Source: Haliotis cracherodii (taxonomy: Eukaryota). From it: a DNA stretch of 64,000 nt. Under the pieces are notes generated by a model, which did not search any database, was not told where the DNA came from, and was given only the letters and a program-made list of their open reading frames with translations. Position 1 is the stretch's first letter, and the number at the start of each line of letters is the position of its first letter. The DNA lies in the NCBI RefSeq assembly GCF_022045235.1, contig NW_027266275.1:56916001-56980000 (forward strand), given 5' to 3'. The translations under genes were made by a program, and so were the position numbers. Below are positions 1 to 12,500 of this stretch, in pieces.

Positions 1-621
1 AGCATAGCACTTTGGTACAGATTGTATGCAGGATATTTTTTGACATATATAACGATTTTGACCAGTCACCGTAGGGACTTCCCGCGAAATCGTTATGTTG
101 ACATTTAACTGCCTCAAATATGACTTTTAAACGGGTCATGGTACGGCATATATGATATGTGTATCCATTCTCTTGCAACTAAAGTTAGTTTCAAGGCGTC
201 AATAGCGGTAATCTGACCGTGGTTGCTGTTAATAACGGTGAGTTGTGCGATCTACCGATCACTTCGCATATGATTTCGCCGAAATTATTGAAAACATTGT
301 TGAATGGAATTTTGAATATATTTAAAAAATATATATTGCAAACTTTAGTCCAGATAAACATTGAACATTTTTTTCATATTACCAGATATTATAATAACGG
401 GATTAAATTGCTTACTTCTGTTCTGATTTGTTGACTGATATTTCCAGTGTTACGTGATCGCGGTGATCAGCTGATAATGTTTTCTGAGATGGGGGAAAAC
501 ATCGTGTCATTGGAAAACTTGAGTTTATTGAAAATGTTTGTAAATTTTGGGAGCCATGCTTTACCGCGCGCTATAACCGAGCAAGCGCTATATTGAAGGG
601 CGCAATAACGAGGGAATACTG
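1..621. mobile_element. Right end of a Tc1/pogo (Tigger)-type non-autonomous DNA element
   Basis: Ends ..ataacgagggaatactg followed by TA, with subterminal ataac repeats; left end not visible, extent uncertain. Confidence 0.4.
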
Positions 622-950
622 TAGTCAGTAATACGAAGGATCATAAACAAAGCGACGGAAGAAAACTTGGACACATGGGCATGTGCTAACAACAGTCATA
701 GATCTATTTATTTTATTAATGAGTATATCATGGTTGAACATTCATTATATCAAAACTGGACCTAAGTTAAAGCTTGGTCATAATTATTAGCTGTACTAGT
801 ACTGATTTTATTGAAATAAAAACTTCATGCGCGAAATTTTTGAATTGAAAATTTATTATTTCATTTCTGCACGCACTCTACCAAAACCTTCCACGAACAC
901 TGCATCAGACGGCAATACCCGTCCGTATACATTGCTCTTCCTGCCCACGT

Positions 951-1427
951 CAAGTCTCATTAAAATCAGATCTTAGTTCTCACTATCGCTAAACAAAGAT
1001 CTGAGGACATCCCATTAGGGGTCACGTCAGAACGACCTTTATGTAATTTTCTAATCATCCAACCTCGAAAACTTTAACACAGGGTATTCCGAACGATAAT
1101 TACGGGCCTAACAACTGAATCCATACAATCGGGACCATATTCATTCCAGAATGTTCTTTTGTTAAGGTTTCAAATTATTAATCGAGAATTTGTCAAAATA
1201 TGTTTCGAAGTGTAGACGCCAATTTGAAATTAGTGCCATAAAGCACAAGAAATATGCCTTCTGATTGGCTAATGGCGACTTCTTGTCAGTCCTTCCATTG
1301 GTCAGTCAAAGTTTGCATAAGGTCGGTCAAAGTTCACAAAAGGTCGGTTTGACATGACCCGTAATGGGGTGTCCTCAGATCTTTATTCAGCAGTAGCGAG
1401 AACTAAGACCTAATTTTAATGAGATTG
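951..1427. mobile_element. MITE with about 100-bp terminal inverted repeats
   Basis: 951-1050 is the reverse complement of about 1326-1427; CAA..TTG ends; flanks gcccacgt / gcccgcct look like a decayed 8-bp TSD. Confidence 0.75.
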
Positions 1428-1439
1428 GCCCGCCTCAGG

Positions 1440-2933
1440 ACTCACCTCATTTGGTGCATAGTAGAGTCGATGTCTAAGGAGGTGTCTCCTTAACAGGGCT
1501 TACCCCATTTATTCTATTCGTACACACATCTATTCGTAGACACCTCTCAGCCGGGTCGGGGTGCACATCTAGAGGACCAGGCATGATCAGGGCTGGGATC
1601 AGGCACACAATGCAAGTGGCACATGAGATACCAAGAGTTGGAGGTGCCCATACCAGTGATAACACATTGCCAGGAGCAGTTCCGAAAGACACTAGCCATT
1701 TTCACGGTGGTATGATGTCTGAGGAATCAGTTCAACCTATAGCCACATGCCAAAACTGCCAGATCCAAATGTATGTGTATATATATCAGATCCGCAGGAC
1801 TGGGCAGTCAATGCACCATGGATCCCGTGGGAGCGTGAAGAAAGTACGCTTTTCCTTCCCCAGTATTTCTCCCCAAGGTGATGCAAAAGATAAGGGCAAC
1901 CAGAAGCCTGGCTCATATTTTGATCACGCCTTGGTGGCCGGTGAAAGGGTGGTTCGTGTACCTAAGAAACCTTGCAGGGATCGATCCACTACATCTACCA
2001 GGGTGGCCGAACCTACTGGTGCACCCACACAGCAGATGACCACACCCCATGCCAGGAAGGTTTCATCTGCACGCCTGGTTCAATTACAAAGAGGCCGAGG
2101 CAAGAGAGGTCATTTGGCACGAGCAGCTGAGGCCATTGCTATGGCACATAGACCATCGACTTAAGGCCTTTATGATGATAAGTGCCTATCATTTGAGAGC
2201 TAATGTAAGGAAAAGGCTCAACATCCCATTCAAACCTGGCCTCAAGTCTTGGCTGAGTATCTCCTACACCTGAGTACCTATTGACACTTGGTAGCTTTGA
2301 TCTCAATGTTGATTATAAAATGATAAAAAAGGAATTGCAATTGGCTTGAGGATCAGAATGCCCTGCGTGGGATCTGAATGTGGTACTTTGATGTTTGCGT
2401 GAACTATGTTTAAGCCTCTCCACGCAACATCATTCTTTAACCCCACCAAGAAGACCATATTTCTCTTGGCACTACCCACAGGAGCAAGACTGGGTGAGAT
2501 TCGTATACTCGACATCACTTGTACATACGCTTCGCTGGGATTTTATAGCAAAAAAGCAGCTTCCAGGACAACCCGACTGTACTTTTACAACCCCGCCATT
2601 AGTGTTAATTGTGGGCGTGGAAGAACTCTTGTTATGCCCAGTGCTTGCACTACGAGTTTTCATCTGTTGCTCCAAGATTAGGCGTGGTACATGAAAATGG
2701 TTAATTATTCCTGTTTCTCAGATGTCCATGACCAACCTCAGCCGTAATACCATTTCTTTATGGTTGTGTCCTATCCTTCATGCTTACGAGATTGCTAAAC
2801 CTCAACCCACTTCTGGTATGAAGCTAATAATTGGGGGCCCTGAGTCTGGAATGGAACAACCCTTTTCTGTCATCAGCTTGACCAATCACAGCTTCATTTC
2901 TGTCAAAAGTAAGCAGTAAATGCATTAAGTAGT
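1440..2933 (+). mobile_element. Decayed DIRS retrotransposon, 3' part (RNase H/methylase-like region, tyrosine recombinase, right ITR remnant)
   Basis: Fragments ILITPWWPVKGWF and KTIFLLALPTGARLGEI; 2885-2933 resembles the right ITR of the 16391-20477 element. Confidence 0.7.
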
Positions 2934-3499
2934 AATTTAAATATTAAACGAGACTTACCTGTAAGGTGAAGTTTGATATAAACTGTTATAGACTGAGGGA
3001 TTACGTGACAAGTGCACATGCGCTGATTCATCAGTCTTTAAAGTGGAAATGTGATTCCTTGTCATACCTAGGGTTGGGAGTGGAGGGCACGTAATCCCTC
3101 AGTACTCCATAGGTCGGTGGAATTTATATCAAACTTCACCTTACAGGTAAGTCTTGTTTAATATTTAAATTCCACCTCTCTATTCCGTACTATCAGAATC
3201 ACGTAAGATGTTTAGAGCTGGAATCATATTTCCATATGGTAAACAACAGAAACATGGTATGAAAATCTACCTATTTAATGCTAAACCATGTTCATCAAAG
3301 TTTACAAAAGTAGCAATGTAAAAAATGTCACATTATATCTGGTTGGGTGCCAAGATGAATAATTAACCAATCTCACTGTATAATAGGCTAAAGTCTATGC
3401 CTTGCCAGGATCACATAGCTTTTATCACATAGTTTTCATTATGCACACTGGAGCTAGGCTACACACAAATTTCAGTTCAAATAGAACGATCTAGACATT

Positions 3500-4607
3500 T
3501 CACTTCAAAATAGCTCTACTAAACTGACTAGCATCTGAAACAGGTTTGTTGTAGTATTTCCCAAACACACAATCAGTGCTCCAACCTGCAGTATTAAGAA
3601 TTGTCTTTAGAGGCACTTTTTGGCAACTCGCCTTACTGGTAGATGCTGCCCTAATGCTATGTGGCTTGAATATGTCCATGTTTATTCCAGCATTCTTAAG
3701 AACAGTTTTCACCCATCTTGCTATAGTGTCTTTTGAGGCCCTTTGATATGGTTTCTGCGTTGTTAGGCAAAGTGCAGTTTCTGTGCCTTGGAATTCTTCT
3801 GTCCCCTTGATGTACAGACTAAGGAGGTAAACAACACAAAGCTTCTTGTCAGGAAAAATGTTTAAAGTTAGTTCTTCTTGGTGATATCCCGGCCGAGATT
3901 GGTTTAGTAAATCTCTGAACCTGATCTTCACAGAAGTTTCTAACAGATCAACATTTCTGCAATCAATCAAATGAAGTGCCTGAAGCCTTTGTCCTGACAG
4001 TAACAACAGAAGAGTTGACAGCTTCATTGAAAGGCATTCAAGGAAGAGCAGGTCTCACATTAAACACACCTTTCATGAATCGTGACACTGTGGGATGTTG
4101 TCCAAATTGCACATTCTGAATCTTCACTATTGTTGCCAAGGCTGACCTGGCTGTATTAATTGCTGAGTAACTTAAGCCTTGCTTGTACAGCAATGCTAGA
4201 AATTCTAACCCCTGCCTCAAAGAGGGTGAAAAGGTATTGATATGCCATTTACCGCAAAAAGACACCCACTTCTTGAGATATGACCCATATTGTTTGTGAG
4301 TGGAATTTCTCCATGACTGCAATATGATGTCCTCAGCTGGTTTTGAAATGTCTTTACTTTGGAGTCCTTCCCTGATAATTTCATGTCTGTAAGGCGTAAC
4401 TTCATGTGCAGTGGATGAGTCGCTTCTGGACGATTTCTCAGTTTCATCAGACTGGTTGACCTGGGCAGTAATCTGGGACAGTCTGTTAACAAATGTAGTA
4501 GCTTGCTGAACCAGGGTTGTGTCGTCCAAAGTGGAACTATCATTAGTACATCTGCTACCTCCTCTTGAATCTTCCTCAGAGCTGGCCCAATCACAATAAA
4601 AGGGCAA
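3500..4607 (-). pseudogene. DIRS tyrosine recombinase
   Basis: YSAINTARSAL, LSGQRLQ (catalytic R), HSIRAASTS (HxxR), AGWS..FGKYY; split by a frameshift near 4030. Confidence 0.9.
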
Positions 4608-5155
4608 AATATGTAGTTATAAGAATTGCCCCAAAACAAAGAGAAGGCATCAATTGCTGCTGCACCCGGGTCAGGGTGCCAAGAGACATAACACTCAAGT
4701 TGTCTGTTTAGCCTTGAAGCAAAAAGGTCAATAGATGGGGTACCATATACTTCAGTCAGTCTGTGAAAAACACCACAATCTAGTTGCCATTCTTTGTCAT
4801 CTGACACATTTCTTGAATGCCAGTCAGCTTCACTATTACAAATCCCTGGCAAATGAGATGCTGAAATCCATAGGTCCCTTTCTGAACACCACTGCCATAT
4901 CTCTCTAGTAATATTGTTGCATATCAACTTGGTAACCCACATGTGGTTTATGTAGGCAACTGTTGTGGTATTGTCAAGCATAAGTCTGATATGAGCATGT
5001 GTCATTTTCCCACACAGTGACTTGAGTACTAGCCCCGCTGCTGACAGTTCTAAATAGTTTATATGCATTTTACTTTCCTCACTAGACCAGTGTCCTGATG
5101 CACTTTCACCATCATGTACTCCCCCCCCCCCCCCCCCAGCCTGTTTTTGAGGCAT
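4217..5155 (-). pseudogene. DIRS RNase H plus methyltransferase-like domain
   Basis: HINYLEL, LDNTTTVAYIN, HLPGICNSEAD, IDLFASRLN, IDAFSLFW, IVPLWTTQPWF; frame disturbed at the poly-C tract 5121-5137. Confidence 0.88.
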
Positions 5156-5159
5156 CTGT

Positions 5160-6230
5160 TTTGACTACTATGTCAGGCTGATGTGGTTCAAGTGACACTG
5201 GACTTTTTCCCACATTGTCTATATCCACCAGTTCAAATCATGTACACATATATCATCCAAAGTAACATGCCCATCGTAGTTCCCTTTAGCTGCTTTCAAT
5301 GCACTGTTCTTGACTATTTTTCCAAGTGCTTAAAATATAAAGGTGCAAGTTTTACACCATGGGAGCTAGCATTTAGTTGCCCGATAACAGCTGCCAAATC
5401 TCTGATTGAAAGAGTTGTGGTCCTTAGTAACTCAGAACAAATGTTTTTGATTTTGTCAATCTTCTCTTGAGTAAGATTAACGGTCATGTTAGAACTATAA
5501 ATAACAAAACCTAAGTAAGTAATAGATTTTGATGGTTGTAAAACAGACTTTTTGTGGGTGTATGGTAAACCCCAAGTTGTCTAAAACACTGACAGTCCAG
5601 TTCACATTGTCTCTACACATATCTTCCGTTTCCACTACAAGCAGTGAATCATCTATAAATGCAGTGTTTGCGAAACCCTGTTTTTTCAAACAGGAAAAAA
5701 ATGGTTTCATGATTTTTGTGAATAGTCTAGGGGCAGAGGCTAAAATACAGTTGGTTTTCCCAGTAAAATCTCAGATATTTTCTATCTTGGGCACATATAG
5801 ACACTGAATAATAGGCATCTTTTAGGTCTACAGATGCAAAATAACGATCTTTTTAGACCAAGTATAGGGCTGATTTGAAAGTGTCCATTTTGAAGTGAGA
5901 TGAGTCAACCTCAATATTCAAATGTCTGAGATTTAAAAAAATTCTCAACGAATTGTCCTTTTTCACCCTGCAGAAAATATTTGAAATATATTCCCCAGGT
6001 TCATGGGCACATGTTTCAATAATACCTTTTCTCAACATTCTTAACTCTGTGTCAATTTGAGTACGTTCTGCACTGTCAAAAGTTATAGGCGTGGGAACAC
6101 ATTGTTGTATGGGTACGTTTCTGAATTCAATACTAGCACCCTCAACACAGGACAGTGTCCAGGGATCAGTTATTATGTTCATCCAATTCTCTAAATGCAA
6201 ATTAATCCTGCCTGCAGTAAAATTGTCAGG
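5160..6230 (-). pseudogene. DIRS reverse transcriptase (frameshifted)
   Basis: AGRINLHLENW, KKDNSLRIFLNLR, HFKMDT, AFIDDSLL (YxDD equivalent), LGFTIHPQK. Confidence 0.88.
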
Positions 6231-6239
6231 AATGTTGTA

Positions 6240-7608
6240 AAGTGAACCAGTTTCATAAAGATTCCCCACCTGTTCATGGCTACTGCCATCATTGTTTTTC
6301 AGTATTTCCTGTGATGTGGTTTGGGCCCTGATGGGCATCGCCCTAAAAAAGGCCCCTGGTTTCAGTGATTTCCCCGTTCTTCCACTATCAGACCCCGATT
6401 GAAAGACTTTGTTCTTCACAAAACCACCTTTTCTGAGTCGTTGAGAGTCATAAGGCCTAAACCTGTTTCCTAGGTTTCTATATCCATATCCAGGTGTGTA
6501 TGACCCCCTATGCATGGCTGGCTTGCCTGGTGTGTGGAGCTTGTTGCTGAGCTCTTTGCACTCTGTTATGTCCTTGATACCATTGGGGAGGTCATCCCCA
6601 AATAGGTATGCTGCTGTTGGGGTATCAGCCGAACACAGACGCTTGTAAGGTCCTTGAAGATCTGGTTTAAAGTTATCTCTTCTTTTGACATTTAGATCTG
6701 TCTCTACTCCAATAAGTATTCTCAGTGAATCTTTGGTCTTATCTAACATCTTGATTGCATTAACCTGTTGTCTGTTGGCAACAGCAGTCATCAGTTCATC
6801 CATCATCTCAGTGATGGGAACAATAGCTTTAGTTATCATTCCCTGTGTGTGCTGCATCCGAATATCACATGCTCTGGTCAGGGGTCCGGCCTCATTCCAA
6901 ATAACTTCATTGACACGTGGTACCAAAAGGTTCCCAACATTCTTAGGTCGTTTGTACTTGTCCAACAGGGATTTAAACTTGACCATGTTAGGAGGTTTAG
7001 ACAGTCTCTCATTGACAGATCTGGCCAGGTTTCCCATGATTTCGCCAAAATACTCGACCATATCTTTCATGAGACTGTTCAAATCGGCCTCATCATCACC
7101 ATTATCAACACTGGAATGCTCACTGTCTATACACTGATTTACCAAATTGTCAATCATATCCTCATCGGATGTTTCACCTTCCTCACTATGGGCGCCGCCA
7201 TCTTCCTACGATACGGAAGCAATCGGTTCTTCTCGTCTCTTTCCGTCACTATCCCCCCTGCTGCTATTTTTAGCCAAAGTAGCACAGAGTTCACGCATGG
7301 CTTGAGCCTTGGCGTTCTGCCCCTGAAGTAGTGCTTGCAGTGTAGGTCTAGCTGCACGACCCCCTCACGGAATCTGGGTCACTGCCCCTCTCTCCTTTGC
7401 TGCCACTTGGCTTCCTGGAACCAGTAATTTCTTTTACTCTCTTAGAGTTTGACTTTCCCCGAGTGGAGGTCGTGTAGGAATTAGAGGCATCGTTCGACAT
7501 CTCAGTGAGATTCTCAACAAAATCAAATAGGCCAATAGTCTCTCTTGCCACGCTGTCACCAGCAGTGCTACTTGATCCCTTGACCCCTTCTGCCAATGGC
7601 ATCGCCAT
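6240..7608 (-). pseudogene. DIRS gag-like ORF (frameshifted)
   Basis: YKRPKNVGNLLVPRVNEVIW, RRDNFKPDL, YLFGDDL motifs upstream of RT. Confidence 0.75.
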
Positions 7609-8919
7609 CTTGGCTAACCACGACCAGTAGCAGTATCGGTCAAAACTTCAAAAGTAGATCTAGAGTTCTTGAAGAGACCCACAAGGATCGTTGTTAGCAA
7701 TCAGGTCCCATCTTGGATATAGACACACTGAACGTAAAGAATCTTGATGACACGTCCTGGAACCGTAGGAGAAATTGATAAATCTTCTCTCTCCTGATTT
7801 ACCTCTTGACCGATGAATCAACTCACACGAGCTGATGAATCAGCGCATGCACACATCTCATGTGATTCCGATAGTACGGAATAGAGAGGTGGAATTAAGA
7901 AATAAACAGCAGCCCCTCATGGTTTATTCCCCCTGTAGTGTTTTTTGTACCATAAACAACGACCACAAGTCATTTATTTCTTATATGAGATATCAACATT
8001 AAGTACAGCCTTTTTAAGGATGTTGATAAAATGTACAAGCTTTAAAGATATTTACCTGTTTTCAATTAACAATGACTCCCTGAATAGAATCTGAACTCAG
8101 CAATGTTGGACAAGTCCATTTTTTGCACAGGGTATTTCCTACATATTCTCACAATCCTCATGTCAGTTACCAGTAACTTTTCACCCAATACCAGTTGCCA
8201 TATCTCTCACACTTTGGGATGCGATCCTTCAGACATTGTGTTTATCTGTGTTACCTAGCTACATCTAAGGGGAACAACTCGCACTCCTCTCTCAAAAATA
8301 ACGTCCTGTTTACAACGTCATCAAGTTACGAGCGCATGTTCTAATCTCCAGAAATTACGTCATGGTAGCTAGAACAATGTTTTATATTTAAATAAACCAC
8401 GCGTCGTTCTTGATTGTTCTTTGCGATTTATATCATAGCTATCTTATATTGCAGGATAAGTATACTAATCTAAATACATCTAAATGTATCTATATTTTAC
8501 TAGATCTGTCAAATCCAGCAGTTTTGCAAAGTCATTGCAAATCAGGAAGCTTGGTGAGGTGTCTGGTTATTGGAGGTGTCACGATGTATCGATACCTCAA
8601 TATGTACCAATATATACATGTATTGCCATACTGGATCCTATACCTATCTCAATTCTAAATTTACCCATTTGCTTTACGGAAATTCTCCAGAGGTTATTTC
8701 TATCACTATTTTGTGTTTTACTCCCATTTCATTTAAGGCTTGATGCAATAGTGTTTATGCAATAGTTTTTGACAATTGATGCAGAATCAAAACATGAATC
8801 AGTACATGGGTAACCCTATCACGTATTGTATCGTAAGGTGTAAATTCGCAATGAGTCAATTATTCATTGGTGAATTTTGTCACAGTACTTAAAATGTCCA
8901 AAGTGTCTACTTGTTAAGC

Positions 8920-9170
8920 TACCCATGAAGATCATGACTATAATAGGCTTTAGCCGTAAAAGGCGACTTTGCCTGTTGTAAGAGGCGACTAGCAGAATTG
9001 GGTGGTCAGACTGGCTGACTTGATTGATGCGTGTCATCATATCTCAATTGCATGGATCAATTCTCATGATGTCAATCACTGGATTATCTGGTCCAGACTT
9101 AATTATTTACAGACTGCCATCATACAGCTGGAATATTGCTGAGTTTGGAGTTAAACATCAAACAAACAAC
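8920..9170 (+). mobile_element. SINE-like interspersed repeat, family A; other copies at about 22870-23045 (-), 25800-25950 (+), 27715-27905 (-), 28515-28705 (-), 34165-34350 (+)
   Basis: Shared core cactggattgtctggtccagact..gctggaatattgctga..aaacaacaaac in several copies in the window. Confidence 0.75.
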
Positions 9171-9379
9171 TTATTCAAGCCGAGTTTCCAGGTGATATAA
9201 ACATGTGAAATAAAGAAAGAAATAGTAGAGATGAATTAAGACATGTCTGGTTATATTTCGACTTAAGATAGTCATGTCAAGGAAACGAGAGTTGACTGTT
9301 TCACCTGTAATTTCTTTTGTTGCTCAAATGGGGCTATCAGTTGTCCAAGGTAGCAGCGTGTGTATGTTTTTGTCTTCAG

Positions 9380-9531
9380 GGAGTGCCAATCTTCAACCAT
9401 ACCAGAATCTCCAGGCGATAGATGCTCGGAAGTTCCTAAATGCCCCAAATTACCCGTCCATGTACCTGGGAAATCAGGACTACACCTGGATCATCAACAC
9501 ACTGATGCAGACACAGATCATCACTCTCAAT
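9380..9531 (+). CDS. Exon: CUB domain 1, N-terminal half (..[21 protein letters not shown]..)
   Basis: Acceptor ttttgtcttcag, donor aat|gtaagt; SPNYP-like and xxW motifs; 152 nt, phase 1-0. Confidence 0.9.
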
Positions 9532-12500
9532 GTAAGTGTTGAGTAACTGACACATTGATACAGACACAGAGCATAACTCTCAGTGTAAATGTTGAGTAAT
9601 TTACACATTGATACAGACACAGATCATCACTCTCAATGTAAGTGTTGAGTAATTGACACACTGATGCAGACACAGATCATCACTCTCAATGTAAGTGTTG
9701 AGTAATTGACATACTGATGCAGACACAGATCATCACTCTCAATGTAAGTGTTGAGTAATTGACACACTGATGCAGACACAGATCATCACTCTCAATGTAA
9801 GTGTTGAATAATTGACACACTGATGCAGACACAGATCATCACTCTCAATGTAAATGTTGAGTAATTGACACACTGATGCAGACACAGATCATCACTCTCA
9901 ATGTAAGTGTTGAGTAATTGACACACTGATGCAGACACAGATCATCACTCTCAGTGTAAGTGTTGAGTAATTGACACACTGATGCAGACACAGATCATCA
10001 CTCTCAATGTAAATGTTGAGTAATTGACACACTGATGCAGACACAGATCATCACTCTCAATGTAAGTGTTGAGTAATTGACACACTGATGCAGACACAGA
10101 TTTCTAACGCTGAAATCGGGCATAGATCCCGCGCAATACTTCCATAAACCTCACTCGCCATCCCGCAGACACAAGGACAGCTCTCACAAGCGTGCAGTGT
10201 CTGACCCTTTTCCCCACGTTGAAGCATATTGAAAAAAACAGTTACCCTGCACTTACCTTTTGTTGAGAAAATAAGACAACATTGTAAACATATGACATTA
10301 ATACAACATATACAGTGTTCCCGCTGGCTTTGGAAACTTAAGATTGTCAGTCCCGGTGGTCTGGCAACTCTTAATATATTTTAATATCGTTCGAAAAATA
10401 TACTGTATTGATTATAGCAGATGTTTTGTTCAACAACAAAGAATTTCATAAGGACCTAGCTATGAGAATATGAGATAAAACCGATAAGAGAATAAAATTT
10501 ATGGGTCACCAATTCTCTAACAATTGAATGTGAAGACACTGGACAACAACGACCACCGGATCTTGACAAATTGTGCCGGAATCAAGGCAATTAGGAGAGA
10601 GGGATGCAGTGCGGTCACTAGACTGGGACTAGACTGGTTTTACGACCTGGTGACAAAGCAAGCATTATGAGATTGTTTTGAGACATTAATTTGTCTGTTC
10701 TTACCCACACTACAGGGCCATGTCAACAATCACAAAATTAGTATTGTGGTTAAAGTGTTCGCTTGTCACACCAAAGACCCAGGTTCGATTCCCCACATGC
10801 ATACAGTGTGTGAAGTACATTCCTGGTGTCCTTTCACAGTGATATTGCTGGAATATTGCTAAATGCGGCGTAAAACCATACCCACTCAAACACTCACAAC
10901 ATTACATGATAAAGAGAGACATCGGGCAGGTGCAATTCTGAAAAGTATGGCTTCTTATACTCTAGTTTTGGTTCATTGTCATTGGGTAACTTCAGTACTG
11001 TTCAGAACAAAATCCAAAATCATCAAAAGGCACCAGTTAATCATTTGAGTGATCTATATAGCAAGTTTCAACAAGCAATATTTAACCGTTGTGGAGTTCT
11101 GCTCCAGAAACGGAAAAGAGCTTGTTTCCATCATGAAAAAAACATGAAAACAAAACAAAATAAAAAGAATAGAAAAAATCACAAATCATGAAATGCAAGA
11201 TTGATATATATTGAAAGTTTCGACAAAAAAAATTTGGTTTTGGTTTTGGAGTTAAAGACATACTTGTCGAAATATACAAACTTTCATCACATGATTTTGT
11301 GTTTGATGAAAAATAATTGTGAAAAACCGGGTGCCAAAATGATCTATAATGTTCGATCAAATACAAAGGATCCATGGTTTGAGGCAGAATTACAAGTCTC
11401 TGTTGACAGTGTTGAAGACGAATTCCAAGAATTTAGAGACCCAAACAAACGTGACCAAACATGTGCTTTCTACTCACACAGACAAAATTAAGAAACTGCG
11501 AGACGAATTAAAGAAATCTAAAGAGTCTTACTTAGAACTGAAGACGCAGGTATGCCTTAAAGACCTTCATGTTTGGAAGGCTTTTTGTATATAATCACCA
11601 ATTCTATGGGAAGAACCAGGATAAACACAGAGAGAGTTTTGAGATTTGTTTTTATCAACCCCTTGAACTCAGCGAGTTGATGACATCTTTTTCAAAGTGG
11701 TTCACAGATTGCCCAAATCAGAATATCAATGGGATCACTGTCCGACTGCTCCCCCTAGCATCATAGCCACCTTCATACACATCCCTTACAGAGAGGAGGT
11801 TTTTCATGGCTGAAAAACGATAAAAAGGACTGGCTGTAGTATCCAAACACACATCCCCTGGGGGATGAAGAAACGTATGGCTATCCTCAGCAGTCACGCA
11901 AATACCATCCGTGAGACTGATAGACTGGAGTAAGAGTTCTATGCAAGAGATGATCCAAGAAACCAAATATATCTGGCTGTCACAAACTCCACTTGGAAGA
12001 AATAAGACTACACATTAAATAACCCAATTGTATACAGTTTGTTGCTGAATAATATTTGTTAACATCTTATGTGCACCATGACATGAATATGATTTTCTGA
12101 GAACAATCTTTGAGAGCCCTGCTTTATGTTGAACACACATTATATTTCCCGCCTATTCACTCACAAATAACACTTATACATTCTTTAATTTGTTTATAAG
12201 TTTACCAACATCCTAGGTTATATAATATATATAATGTCATGCATAGTTGTACAAACAGGGTAAGTAAAAAAACATGAAACAGCTGGACAGTAATACAGCT
12301 CCCTAGTCAAATGCATGTGCAAAACCTACAGTGCCTGAGCAGATGTGTCGGGAAGGTTCAGTGTCAATGTCAAGACCAAAGACTATTGATTGAGCAGGAG
12401 TCTATATCTGCTGTAACAGTAGATATGTAACGTAATGCTTAAAAACTTAAGACATACCTGACTTGTTCGCGTTTATATATCCCAAATTCATCTGTTAGCG

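Larger units (their letters stand above)
2934..7896 (-). mobile_element. Full-length DIRS1-like tyrosine-recombinase retrotransposon (frameshifted)
   Basis: AATT at both ends; ICR 3123-3212 complementary to both termini (2934-2981 and about 7852-7896); gag-RT-RNase H-MT-YR order. Confidence 0.92.

Noticed and set aside
9499-10100. CRISPR-like regular repeat arrays (also 61285-62480)
   Set aside because: Head-to-tail units without unique spacers, no cas genes, eukaryotic intron context.
10740-10800. Possible tRNA genes (also about 40545-40640)
   Set aside because: Only A/B-box remnants with no complete cloverleaf, and joined to SINE tails.
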